DNA of 55,099 bases, from the IMG/VR virus record IMGVR_UViG_3300025543_000032, positions 1 through 55,099 of that record. The stretch is one strand, 5' to 3'. The translations under genes and the position numbers were made by a program. Below the pieces are notes generated by a model, which searched no databases, was not told the DNA's origin, and saw only the letters and a program-made list of their open reading frames with translations. The stretch comes from a virus. Its lineage: Duplodnaviria; Caudoviricetes. Positions 1-9,594 of this stretch are shown here, piece after piece (the first letter of the stretch is position 1; each line of letters begins with the position of its first letter).

Positions 1-642
1 GTAGTTACTATTATTGATGGTCCTGAGAATCCTGTAGGTATTGCTAAAGAACTAAAAGCTTATGCACTAGAACGTGGTGAGATAATACAGCAGGATAAGT
101 ATAACAAGGTGTATATTCCTAATGATCCTAGTGAGATAACTATGGTTGTGTTGGATCATATTGGCCTACTCAAGACTACTAGAGATCAACCAACGAAGAA
201 ACAAGCTATTGATAAAATGAGCGATGAGCTCAGGTATGCACGTGACTTCTATGGTCATTCACCAGTGGTTGTTAGTCAGTTCAATCGATCTATATCTAAT
301 CCTATCAGGATAAAGAATGGTGATGTTGAGCCACAACTAGAAGACTTTGCTGATAGTTCTACCACACAAAACGATTCAGATGTATGTATGGCCTTGTTTG
401 ACCCTATGCGTTATAATGTAGATGATCCATCAGGATATGACACTAACAAGCTTAGAGATGAATACGGTGGTAAGTACTTCAGGAGTCTTAGACTTATTAA
501 GAATAGCTATGGTGAAGATGATATCAGGATTGGTCTTGCATTCCTTGGCCAGATAGGCATGTTCAAAGAACTACCAAAACGTAGAAACATAACAGAGGCA
601 GATTATGCTTCAGTAATTAACAAATCATTTTTTATATCATGA
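1..642 (+). CDS. DnaB-like replicative helicase, C-terminal part (5'-truncated)
   Basis: Frame 1 is open from base 1 (VVTIIDGPENPVG...). SF4 motifs VVLDHIGLL (Walker B), VVVSQFNR, DFADSS..QNDSD and LIKNSYG. Confidence 0.85.
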   Translation, partial: VVTIIDGPENPVGIAKELKAYALERGEIIQQDKYNKVYIPNDPSEITMVVLDHIGLLKTTRDQPTKKQAIDKMSDELRYARDFYGHSPVVVSQFNRSISNPIRIKNGDVEPQLEDFADSSTTQNDSDVCMALFDPMRYNVDDPSGYDTNKLRDEYGGKYFRSLRLIKNSYGEDDIRIGLAFLGQIGMFKELPKRRNITEADYASVINKSFFIS

Positions 643-809
643 CAGAACCATTGCAATTATTAGAAGAGAGACTTGCTGAAATTAGAATAATGCTAGACAC
701 AGCAAAAAAGAACGATTGTTCTCAAGAAGAACTAACTACCTTACATAATAAGTATTACGTGTGTACAGAGACAATTAGAAGATTTGTAAACAAAAGGAGA
801 GTTATATGA
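639..809 (+). CDS. small hypothetical protein, 56 aa (MTEPLQLLEERLAE...)
   Basis: Read by hand. ATGA overlaps with both neighbours and it fills the gap exactly. Confidence 0.7.
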   Translation: MTEPLQLLEERLAEIRIMLDTAKKNDCSQEELTTLHNKYYVCTETIRRFVNKRRVI

Positions 810-1891
810 CACTAAGAGACAAGAGACAAAAAGAGTTTGCTGACGTATGGCTAAATCATGGAAAGTTTGGTATTCTAAACTTATGTCCTAGATTTGGTAA
901 GATTAGAACAACGATTAGTATTCTTAATAGAATGGAAAGCAATTGTAATATATTGATTGCATATCCTGACAATAAAATCAAACAGTCTTGGATAGAAGAG
1001 TTTGAAGAGATGAGTTATGTGAATGATAACATAACTTATACTACACACAGATCTTTACACAAGCAGTCAGGTACAGAGTTTGACATTGTTGTTATTGATG
1101 AGATACATTTACTATCAGAGGCCCAGATAGGTGTTTGTGTAGATTTATTCTCTCAGAATGATAACATACTTGGTCTAACAGGTACATTATCTAAGTGGAC
1201 TAAGAGAACACTTAAAGAAGAGCTTGGTATATCAGTGATTGCTAACTACCCAATAAACAAAGCTATTGATGAAGGTGTTATAGCTGACTACCAGATAAAT
1301 GTAATCAAGGTGCCTTTAGACAACACTACTCGCAATGAGTATGGTAAGAAGAAGATCAAGAAGACAGAGCTTCAACAGTTTAAATACCTTAGTGGTGTTA
1401 TAAACAAGATGATGTACTCTGGTGGCAATAGTATGTTTATGCGTCTAGCACGTATGAGACTTATACAAAGCAGCTTAGCTAAGAAGCAAAAGACTAAACA
1501 GATTCTTAATAACAATAAGGATCAGAGAATACTAGTGTTTTGTGGTGTAACAGCAATAGCTGATAGTCTTGGTATACCCTCTTATCACAGCAAGTCTAAG
1601 GACAAAGATGCACTTAAAAACTTCGCAGAAGGAAAAGGTACACACATGGCTGTTGTAAAGATAGGTAACACAGGAGTTACATACAAACCACTAAACAAGG
1701 TGATCATTAATTACTTTGATAGTAATGGTGAAAACCTAGCACAGAAGATTAATAGATGTATGGCTATGGAATATGATACTCCAGACAAGAAAGCACAGAT
1801 ATATATTATATCTTCTAATGAAAAGGTTGAAGAGAAATGGCTTAATAAAGCTCTTGAGTTCTTTGACAAAAGTAAGATTAAATACGTATAA
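806..1891 (+). CDS. superfamily 2 (DExH) helicase
   Basis: Motif I PRFGKIRT, motif II VIDEIH, motif III LGLTGT, motif VI-like QKINR. Confidence 0.85.
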   Translation: MTLRDKRQKEFADVWLNHGKFGILNLCPRFGKIRTTISILNRMESNCNILIAYPDNKIKQSWIEEFEEMSYVNDNITYTTHRSLHKQSGTEFDIVVIDEIHLLSEAQIGVCVDLFSQNDNILGLTGTLSKWTKRTLKEELGISVIANYPINKAIDEGVIADYQINVIKVPLDNTTRNEYGKKKIKKTELQQFKYLSGVINKMMYSGGNSMFMRLARMRLIQSSLAKKQKTKQILNNNKDQRILVFCGVTAIADSLGIPSYHSKSKDKDALKNFAEGKGTHMAVVKIGNTGVTYKPLNKVIINYFDSNGENLAQKINRCMAMEYDTPDKKAQIYIISSNEKVEEKWLNKALEFFDKSKIKYV

Positions 1892-1897
1892 ATTTCG

Positions 1898-1905
1898 TAT
1901 ATTTG
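1898..1905 (+). promoter_or_regulatory. Bacteroidota sigma-A -7 element (TATATTTG)
   Basis: Matches TAnnTTTG in an intergenic gap, 32 nt before the ATPase start. Confidence 0.6.
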
Positions 1906-1937
1906 CACACCTAATATTAATAAATAAATACATAAAA

Positions 1938-2606
1938 ATGAGTTCAAAATTAATTGGAATTGTTGGTGAAACAGGGACAGGTAAATCAACAGCAGTGAAG
2001 CACTTAAACCCTGAAGAAACCTACATTATTAACGTTGCAAAGAAAGAGCTACCCTTCAAAGGTTCTCAGAAACTTTACAACACAGAAAACAAAAATTACA
2101 AAGAGATTGATGATCCAACGGACATTACAAGATTGCTTAAAACTATCTCGGAGAAAGCCCCACACATTAAAACTATTGTCATAGAGGACAGTAATTATCT
2201 AATGGGCTTCAGAATGGTAGAGAAAGCAATGGAAACTGGCTTTACAAAGTTTAGTGTAATGGCTAAGGATATGGTTGATTTATTTAGATCAGCTAGAGCA
2301 CTACGTGATGATTTAGTTATCTTTTATTTCTCTCACCCTGAAACTATAGAAGACAGCGGAGAGATTATAGGATACAAAATTAAGACAGCAGGTAAACTTA
2401 TTGACAATCAAGTGTTGTTAGAAGGTTTACTAACTGTATGTTTATACACACATGTAGAGGAAACTAAGAGTGGAGCTACGTACGAATTCCTAACAAATAG
2501 ATTTCGTAAGAAGCCTGCAAAGAGTCCAGATGGTATGTTTGAATCAACAAGGATACCAAACAACTTACAGATGGTAAGAGATAGTATAGTAGAGTATTAT
2601 AATTAA
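1938..2606 (+). CDS. AAA_24/Sak4-like P-loop ATPase
   Basis: GETGTGKS Walker A and IVIED Walker B. True start is probably ATG 1938 (MSSKLIG), not 1773. Confidence 0.8.
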   Translation: MSSKLIGIVGETGTGKSTAVKHLNPEETYIINVAKKELPFKGSQKLYNTENKNYKEIDDPTDITRLLKTISEKAPHIKTIVIEDSNYLMGFRMVEKAMETGFTKFSVMAKDMVDLFRSARALRDDLVIFYFSHPETIEDSGEIIGYKIKTAGKLIDNQVLLEGLLTVCLYTHVEETKSGATYEFLTNRFRKKPAKSPDGMFESTRIPNNLQMVRDSIVEYYN

Positions 2607-2635
2607 TAAATAAATAACAATTAAAATTAAAATTT

Positions 2636-3517
2636 ATGAGTACAATTGGAGGAGTAAAAAGAGAATCCGCAGGAGGTGGAGAAAACACTAACTTTCCTAA
2701 AAAGGTTGGTATATTTGAGGCAGACATTGTAGCTATTAATCCCACAATAGAGGAGTATAGTACAGTGCTTGGAATGGATTTAAAACCAGAAAGTAAAGCT
2801 ACAGACTATTTAGGAGAAACCAGAGATGGTAATTCATACCTGCGTGTAGATGTTTGGTTGAAACAAGTTAAAACTGAGAATCTATTTAAAAGTAGTTTCT
2901 TTCTAGAAGATAGAGAGCGTGAGAACAGAGACCAAACAAAGAAACAATATATCAACAGTGTAGGTATGACAGCTTGGGCTGCTGATGAGAATGATTTGTG
3001 GGATTGGTTCACTGAAGGACGTGATCATCGTGTAGCCTATATTGGTGAAGAAGAATTATATGATTTCATGAGAACATGGTTAGGTCAATTGAACTATCGT
3101 CATGCAACTACAGTTCTACAGTTAGACTGGAAGAAACTTATGCGTGGTAATATTGGTGATCTTAAAAGTGAAATTAATGGTGAATGGTGTAACACTGTTG
3201 TAGCGCTAGCAACTGTTGTTGTTAAGGAGCGTGATGGTGAGACTAAAGAGTATCAGGGTATCTATAACAAAGGGTTCTTGAGTGGTTATACTATGAAGCA
3301 ATTCAGACTAGTAGACTATACAGATAAGAGAATACTAGATAGTTTGAGATCTAGAAAACCTCGTGACCTTAAACCACATGAACGTTTTGCAGTTCGTGTA
3401 AGTGGTGAATATGGATGTAAAGACTACTATATTCTTAAAGAAATAGAAGAGTATAACCCTGGTGATAATCTTGTCGCCTCTGATAATTATATATCAGATG
3501 ATGGGTCAGACTACTAA
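2636..3517 (+). CDS. putative ssDNA-binding protein
   Basis: Follows the Sak4-like ATPase, beta-rich N-terminal half, acidic aromatic-ending tail (ISDDGSDY). Confidence 0.5.
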   Translation: MSTIGGVKRESAGGGENTNFPKKVGIFEADIVAINPTIEEYSTVLGMDLKPESKATDYLGETRDGNSYLRVDVWLKQVKTENLFKSSFFLEDRERENRDQTKKQYINSVGMTAWAADENDLWDWFTEGRDHRVAYIGEEELYDFMRTWLGQLNYRHATTVLQLDWKKLMRGNIGDLKSEINGEWCNTVVALATVVVKERDGETKEYQGIYNKGFLSGYTMKQFRLVDYTDKRILDSLRSRKPRDLKPHERFAVRVSGEYGCKDYYILKEIEEYNPGDNLVASDNYISDDGSDY

Positions 3518-3540
3518 CTAATAAATATATATAAACTAGG

Positions 3541-3569
3541 GCCCTCTTCAGAAATGTTGAGGGCTTTTT
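3541..3569 (+). terminator. intrinsic terminator
   Basis: GCCCTC-N12-GAGGGC followed by TTTTT. Confidence 0.65.
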
Positions 3570-3582
3570 AATTTTAAGAAGA

Positions 3583-4596
3583 ATGATTAAAGGAATAAAA
3601 AAAGTATTTCTTACTAAAGAGCTTATTCTTTCTAAAATATCTTCGTATGACATCTTTAGGTTTTACATGCCAAATAAAAATTGGGAAATAGATGTAGTAA
3701 CTCTCTCTCCATTTAGAGATGAGAAACATCCATCGTTTGTTATTGGTCCCAAGGGTGAAGGAGGAGTGTTAATATTTATTGATTTTGCTGATACTAGCTT
3801 AAAAGGTGATGCCTTTAAGTTTGTAGAGAAGCTATACAACATGAAAAACATGTTTGAGGTGTATAGTAAAATTGATAGAGATTTTGACTTAGGGTTCACT
3901 ACAGGTACAACTACAAAGAAGTACGAGAAGATTATTAGAAAATATAATAAGCCTGAAATAGTAAAGAAAGATTATTCTTTTATACAAGTTAAGACCAGAA
4001 AGTTTACCACAGAAGAACTTGCATATTGGAATAATTATTATCAGGACATTGATGATCTGAAAGCAAATAATATATTTTCAGTGGCAGAAGTATATCTAAA
4101 CAAGAAGCGTATTGTTCTAGGGAATAATGAGCTAAGGTTTGGTTATCTGTATGATGGTAAATGGAAAATCTATAGACCTCTATCTGATAGAAGATGGAAG
4201 TGGATGCCTAACAATGTACCAATTACAGCAATGGATGGTTTGGATGATATTAAAGATTGCCATACAGCTTTTATAACTAAAAGCAAGAAAGACTATATGG
4301 TGATGAAAAAGATATTTCCAACTGTATGTGCTGTACAGAACGAAGGTGCAGGATGTTTCTCTGATGAGAATATAGAGTATATTAAATCAAACTCTGAGAA
4401 ACAGATACTATCTTTTGATTCAGATGAAGTGGGTGTAAAGAACAGTACTAGCATAACTAACAAGTTTGGTTTTGAGTATTGTAATGTACCTAAGAAGTAT
4501 CTGAAAGATGGTATAAATGATTGGGCAGACCTAGCTAAGGTTCATGGCCTTAAAGTAATAGAAGAATATTTAATAAATAAACAAATTTTAAAATGA
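3583..4596 (+). CDS. DNA primase (crAss-type, TOPRIM)
   Basis: N-terminal SPFRDEKHPSF motif, TOPRIM ITKSKKD and FDSDEVG, C-terminal NDWAD. Confidence 0.8.
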   Translation: MIKGIKKVFLTKELILSKISSYDIFRFYMPNKNWEIDVVTLSPFRDEKHPSFVIGPKGEGGVLIFIDFADTSLKGDAFKFVEKLYNMKNMFEVYSKIDRDFDLGFTTGTTTKKYEKIIRKYNKPEIVKKDYSFIQVKTRKFTTEELAYWNNYYQDIDDLKANNIFSVAEVYLNKKRIVLGNNELRFGYLYDGKWKIYRPLSDRRWKWMPNNVPITAMDGLDDIKDCHTAFITKSKKDYMVMKKIFPTVCAVQNEGAGCFSDENIEYIKSNSEKQILSFDSDEVGVKNSTSITNKFGFEYCNVPKKYLKDGINDWADLAKVHGLKVIEEYLINKQILK

Positions 4597-5360
4597 TGAA
4601 ATCAACAATTGAAAATCTGGACAAAATGTTAATCGCTCCAGTACCGAAGGAAACAAAAACGTACAAGCCTGTAAGTCACAAACAACTTATAGACTTAACA
4701 CTTGAGAGCATACACCAGTCAGGTTATAGCTTAGTGAGTCAAGAATACTCTACTGCAAGAGATGGTAATGTAGCAAATGGACGCTACACTATAGGTAATG
4801 TTGCAGACAGTGAGATGAAATTACAAATTGGATGGCAGAACAGCTATGACAAAAGTCTATCACTTAAATTTGCTCTTGGAACTAGTATTATTATTTGTTC
4901 TAATGGTATGGTGAAAGGTGATCACGGTGCATTTAGAAAGAAGCACCAGGGAGACATACAAAGCTTTACCCCAGCAGCTGTATCAGAATACATAAAAGGT
5001 GGAGGTGATGCTTTTCGTAATTTACAGAATGAACGTGATCAGTTCAAAAATATAGAAGTAGATGGTCAAGCGCAAGCAGAGTTATTAGGTAGAATGTTTC
5101 TCAAAGAAGATATAATTACATCTACACAGCTAAATATAATTAAGAGGGAGATCAAAAGTCCAACTCATGATTATGGAGCTGCAGATAGTATGTGGGAACT
5201 TTACAATCATGTTACATTTGCAATGAAGCAAGCTCATCCATCAACTTGGATGCAAGATCATATAAATGTGCATGATTTCTTTAACAATTATGATAAGCCT
5301 TCTGCTAGTCCTATTATAATTGATGCTGAAGTGAGTGATAATCAATTATTAATGTTTTAA
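4593..5360 (+). CDS. DUF932/DUF945-like phage protein
   Basis: YKPVSH, NSYDKS, ICSNGM and SMWELYNHVT motifs. Confidence 0.7.
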   Translation: MMKSTIENLDKMLIAPVPKETKTYKPVSHKQLIDLTLESIHQSGYSLVSQEYSTARDGNVANGRYTIGNVADSEMKLQIGWQNSYDKSLSLKFALGTSIIICSNGMVKGDHGAFRKKHQGDIQSFTPAAVSEYIKGGGDAFRNLQNERDQFKNIEVDGQAQAELLGRMFLKEDIITSTQLNIIKREIKSPTHDYGAADSMWELYNHVTFAMKQAHPSTWMQDHINVHDFFNNYDKPSASPIIIDAEVSDNQLLMF

Positions 5361-5362
5361 TC

Positions 5363-5584
5363 ATGAAGCTTTCAAAATACTTAGAGACGTTGCAACTACT
5401 TGTTAAGAACAATCCTGTAGTTGCAGATTATGAATGTGTATACGGTATAGATGATGAAGGAAACTCTTTTGGAAGAGTAGTCTTTACACCTACAGTAATG
5501 AAAGTAGATTCTTTAGAGAATCGAGATATTAAAGTAGAAGAAGTTAACACTGCAGAGGATGGTAATGTTGTCTGTATAAATTAA
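5363..5584 (+). CDS. hypothetical protein
   Basis: 73-aa ORF in operon context (DDEGNSF motif). Confidence 0.7.
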   Translation: MKLSKYLETLQLLVKNNPVVADYECVYGIDDEGNSFGRVVFTPTVMKVDSLENRDIKVEEVNTAEDGNVVCIN

Positions 5585-5592
5585 ATAAATAA

Positions 5593-6315
5593 ATGGATTG
5601 GAATAATTTTAAATCAATGTTTCACCCATCGTGGCATGATAAAATGAAACCATTTATAGAGAGTAATGAATGTGATGAGATATATGCATTCTTAAAAAAG
5701 GAGAGTAAGAGGGGCAAGCAAATTGCTCCTCTCTCATCTAATGTCTATAGATGTTTTAAAGAAACGCCACTTGATGAAGTGAAAGCAGTAATTATAGGGA
5801 TGTGTCCATATCATACGTTTAAGAACAATCTACCAGTAGCAGACGGTCTACTGATGGGTTGCTCTATAACAGGATATGTACAACCATCTCTAAGTAATGT
5901 TTATAAAGCTCTAGAAACTGAGTTCCATAGAGGACTTAATTTGAGCTATGACGCAACACCTGATGTATCTTATTTGGCACATCAAGGTATACTGATGCTT
6001 AATGTAGCACTCACCACAGAGAAAAATAAAGCAGGTAGTCACATAGCACTATGGGAACCCTTCACAAAGTATTTGTTTGAAGAAGTTCTTAATACGCTAG
6101 GTGTACCTTATCTTTTTCTAGGTAAAGATGCTGCAAGATATAAAAAGTATACAGGAATATTTTCACATGTTTTCACTGTAAGCCATCCAGCAAGTGCTTC
6201 TTACAAAGGAGTTGACTGGGACAGTGAAGATGTGTTTACAAAAATAGATACATTAATTTATGAAAATAACGGATATAGCATCAGCTGGCTAAAAGATGAA
6301 GAAGATCCATTTTAA
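5593..6315 (+). CDS. ung: family-1 uracil-DNA glycosylase-like protein with altered catalytic motif
   Basis: VKAVIIGMCPYH (cf. GQDPYH), QPSL, QGILMLNVALT, GSH..LWEPFT, SHPAS. Confidence 0.8.
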   Translation: MDWNNFKSMFHPSWHDKMKPFIESNECDEIYAFLKKESKRGKQIAPLSSNVYRCFKETPLDEVKAVIIGMCPYHTFKNNLPVADGLLMGCSITGYVQPSLSNVYKALETEFHRGLNLSYDATPDVSYLAHQGILMLNVALTTEKNKAGSHIALWEPFTKYLFEEVLNTLGVPYLFLGKDAARYKKYTGIFSHVFTVSHPASASYKGVDWDSEDVFTKIDTLIYENNGYSISWLKDEEDPF

Positions 6316-6326
6316 AACTAAATATT

Positions 6327-6569
6327 ATGAAAGTAGAATATTGGAACACACCTTATCAGGGTGCTACAAGTGAACTAGTCAGAACAGAAGATTGGCCTGA
6401 CACAGATGAATCTTTTGCAAAGTATTATGACTTAAACAATCAATTAAAATATTGTAATGGTAGTCATTATAAGTTTGTAAGTGATGAAGTAAGAAGAAGA
6501 TATAGTGATGAATTCTTTGATAAATACCACACAATAGAAAATTACTACAAAGGTGGAGTAGTAGATTAA
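6327..6569 (+). CDS. hypothetical protein
   Basis: 80-aa ORF with A-rich leader. Confidence 0.65.
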   Translation: MKVEYWNTPYQGATSELVRTEDWPDTDESFAKYYDLNNQLKYCNGSHYKFVSDEVRRRYSDEFFDKYHTIENYYKGGVVD

Positions 6570-6587
6570 TAATTAAAAAACAGAAAA

Positions 6588-6929
6588 ATGCGAGGAACAT
6601 TAACAGAAGATGCTGGTATATTAGAGCCAGGAGATGAAATAGTTACTAACCAAGGCTCAGAGATGAGATGTTATATAGTGGAAGAAGTTCCACGAGTTAG
6701 TAAACTAAAAACATGGCATAACGGTAAAACACGATACATAGCTGTAAAGTGTAGATCTGCTGTAGTCATGAAGACAACTACAGGTATTAATCATTACACT
6801 AAACAACCTTGGACTAACACTTACAAGGATTATGAGTTTAGAATACCTAATGAAGAAGATCCAATAGTAAAAGTGGATTTAAACTGTAAACAAATATATA
6901 TAATAAATAAATTTAATTATGATGGATAA
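6588..6929 (+). CDS. hypothetical beta-rich protein (paralogue of next ORF)
   Basis: LEPGDEIV start motif and VKVDLNCKQIYIINK end. Confidence 0.65.
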   Translation: MRGTLTEDAGILEPGDEIVTNQGSEMRCYIVEEVPRVSKLKTWHNGKTRYIAVKCRSAVVMKTTTGINHYTKQPWTNTYKDYEFRIPNEEDPIVKVDLNCKQIYIINKFNYDG

Positions 6930-7215
6930 AGAAGTAAATAGGCCCATTAAAATGGAAGATCTCCAGGTGGGAGATGAAGTAATTGTACGAGGTATAGACC
7001 TTAACTACATGCAAATTGTAAGACCACCAAAACAGAAACAATACAAAGATTATACTGGAGCACCTTACAGATTGGGATGGACATCATCTGTGTGCAATAG
7101 AATCAATAGCAAGTTTGGAGTTAAGCATGCAGATGATAAAGAAAAGGTAAGGTTTGATTTTCATTGGAAATCAATCTGGTTAGTAAAAAGAGAACAAGAA
7201 TTAATAAATAAATAA
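6919..7215 (+). CDS. hypothetical beta-rich protein (paralogue of previous ORF)
   Basis: LQVGDEVIV start motif and VRFDFHWKSIWLVKR end. Confidence 0.65.
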   Translation: MMDKEVNRPIKMEDLQVGDEVIVRGIDLNYMQIVRPPKQKQYKDYTGAPYRLGWTSSVCNRINSKFGVKHADDKEKVRFDFHWKSIWLVKREQELINK

Positions 7216-7223
7216 ATAGTAAA

Positions 7224-9521
7224 ATGCGATTAGAAAAACAAAAACAAGCAAATGTTCTATACTCAGGAGATAAAAACGAGAGTATAGGAATGTCATTAGA
7301 CATGGATTCTGCACAAGTGTTGATGCAGATGTTAAGTAAGAATCTTTATTCAGATGCTGTAGGATCTGCAGTGAGAGAATGTGCTAGTAATGCACTTGAT
7401 AGTCATAGGCGTGCTGGAGTTAATAAACCTATAATTGTATCGTTGGTGCAGAATAAATCTAATAACTGGGAGTTCTCTGTTGAGGATTTTGGTACAGGTT
7501 TAGATCATCATGATGTACAGAACATTATCAGTAAGTATGGTAAATCTACCAAACGTAATAGTAATACAGAACTTGGTATGATGGGTCTTGGTTTCAAGGC
7601 TCCTCTAGCTTATGCTAGTAGTTTCTATTTTACATGTAGAAAAGATGGTATGGAACGTAAGTACATGATGTATGAAGGTGAGGAAACAAACACTATTGAT
7701 TTAATTAATGAAACTCCTACAACAGAGTGCAATGGTGTAAAAGTTACTGTACCAGTTAGATGGGGTGATAAGTATGACTTTCGTAATAAAATTAAACAGC
7801 AACTTGCATACTTCGAGGATGTATATTTTAATGTAGATGATATTGATAATGAATTCACTATTCATAGATCTAAGTTGTTTCAGTTTTCCGAATTATCTGA
7901 GGATAAAAAACTACATATATGTCTTGATAATGTATACTATCCTCTTGATTTTGATAAAATGGGAATGGAGTCTATAAATATTCCTATTGGACTAAGATTT
8001 AGTCTTACTGATGGTATATTCCCAACACCTAACAGAGAGTCTCTTATATACACTAAAGAAACTAAGAAAACTATAAAGTCTAAGTTAACTGAATTTGCTA
8101 ATTATTGTGTAGAGAAATATAATGAAGGTGTTTCAGAAAATAGTGAAGATGTAGTATCTTATTTAGATTATTACTATAATAAGACAAGAATCTGGAATGT
8201 ACTTGGGACTAAATTTGATCTAAATAGTCTAAATTCTTTTATTACAATACCTTTTGCTAAGCCAAAACTTGAAGGAGTAGATAATTTTGATATTACTAAG
8301 TTTGCTAATCATGAATATGGATATTTTACAGGAGAATATCGTGTTGCTTATAGATATGAAAATGATAGAATGTATAAGGTAGATGATAACAGTTGGCACA
8401 GTAATGTAAAATGGGACAGTCTGGAAAAGTATCCATATCTTATAGAAACTGCTATGAAAGGACATAAGAAAAGTTATCTTAGAGAAATTTGTGGTGAAAG
8501 AGTAGATAATAAAGGCCAGAAGATTAGAAGAACTTACTTTGTACGTAAAACAAAGCCATATTCACTTATGAAAAATGGTCATGCAACAAGAGATTGTTAC
8601 TATACAATTCTAAATCTAAATCTTTATGATAAGAGTATGTGGAGAACTATAATTAAGGAGTTTCAATATATTCAATCATTATTGTTTAAACATATGGTAG
8701 GTATAAATACAATTGAGATTCCTGAACAATGGTTGCTGGATAAAAAAGCTCAGACTTCATCTAAGAGAAAGAGTACAATGGACTCTAAAGGTGTAAAAGT
8801 TGAAGGAGATTTTAACTGTAAAGTTGCTGAAGACTTACTTAGAGAAAATGGTGGTAGAAACTGTAAGTTTGTTTCAGGTCGTATAAATATTGACACTGTA
8901 GAAAAAGGTGGAGATACCTTTGTCTATACTTCTCACGATGAATATATGAAGTTAGATGATTTGTATCATGATACTAAGTTCTTACCAATTAAATATATTA
9001 CATTTTCAAATCGTGAAATGGAATCTTTAGAAAAGTCTCCTAGCGTGGATAATTTGGTTAAATATGAAGATTTCATAGCAGGACATAGTCTATTTATTAG
9101 ATTTGTAACTGCAATGTATTGTAATATTAATGTAAAGAAATGGGAGTATATATATAGAGCTAAAACAAAGATAAATTTAATTAAATCTAAGCTTACTGAT
9201 AAGCTTATAGAAATTGAACTTTATAGAGACAAGAATATTGGCAGCTGTAGATATAACTATTTTGATAAAACTAAACATTTTCTAGACAATGCTAAAGAAC
9301 AGAAACTGTTTAATGATAAGATGAAAGATATGGTTGATGATATGGATAAATTTATCGAAGATAATATTTATGTAGCTACATTATCAAGAGCTATTGCATA
9401 TGGAGGAACTAATAACAATGAATTAATAGATTGTATGGCTCAGTTATTTAGATGTAATGGAGTTGGTTATAATGCAAGTTATGTATTTCTAAAAGATAAA
9501 GTAAAAGAAGAAGATGAGTAG
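7224..9521 (+). CDS. rIIA: RIIA-like protein with N-terminal GHKL ATPase domain
   Basis: LYSD..AVRECASNALDSH, VEDFGTGL, YGKSTKR, GMMGLGFK, FPTPNRESL. Immediately upstream of an RIIB-like gene. Confidence 0.85.
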   Translation: MRLEKQKQANVLYSGDKNESIGMSLDMDSAQVLMQMLSKNLYSDAVGSAVRECASNALDSHRRAGVNKPIIVSLVQNKSNNWEFSVEDFGTGLDHHDVQNIISKYGKSTKRNSNTELGMMGLGFKAPLAYASSFYFTCRKDGMERKYMMYEGEETNTIDLINETPTTECNGVKVTVPVRWGDKYDFRNKIKQQLAYFEDVYFNVDDIDNEFTIHRSKLFQFSELSEDKKLHICLDNVYYPLDFDKMGMESINIPIGLRFSLTDGIFPTPNRESLIYTKETKKTIKSKLTEFANYCVEKYNEGVSENSEDVVSYLDYYYNKTRIWNVLGTKFDLNSLNSFITIPFAKPKLEGVDNFDITKFANHEYGYFTGEYRVAYRYENDRMYKVDDNSWHSNVKWDSLEKYPYLIETAMKGHKKSYLREICGERVDNKGQKIRRTYFVRKTKPYSLMKNGHATRDCYYTILNLNLYDKSMWRTIIKEFQYIQSLLFKHMVGINTIEIPEQWLLDKKAQTSSKRKSTMDSKGVKVEGDFNCKVAEDLLRENGGRNCKFVSGRINIDTVEKGGDTFVYTSHDEYMKLDDLYHDTKFLPIKYITFSNREMESLEKSPSVDNLVKYEDFIAGHSLFIRFVTAMYCNINVKKWEYIYRAKTKINLIKSKLTDKLIEIELYRDKNIGSCRYNYFDKTKHFLDNAKEQKLFNDKMKDMVDDMDKFIEDNIYVATLSRAIAYGGTNNNELIDCMAQLFRCNGVGYNASYVFLKDKVKEEDE

Positions 9522-9528
9522 TAGTAGT

Positions 9529-9561
9529 AGGGGAGATTATTTGTTAGTCTCCCTTATTTTT
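9529..9561 (+). terminator. hairpin/terminator between rIIA and rIIB
   Basis: AGGGGAGATTA...TAGTCTCCCTT followed by ATTTTT. Confidence 0.5.
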
Positions 9562-9594
9562 CGTATATTAATTAATAAATAAAAACAATTAAAA

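Noticed and set aside
1773-1937. N-terminal extension of the AAA ATPase in the ORF track
   Set aside because: It overlaps the helicase and a promoter element; ATG 1938 has a typical A-rich leader. The same reasoning applies to listed starts 11141, 13786, 19305 and 19604.
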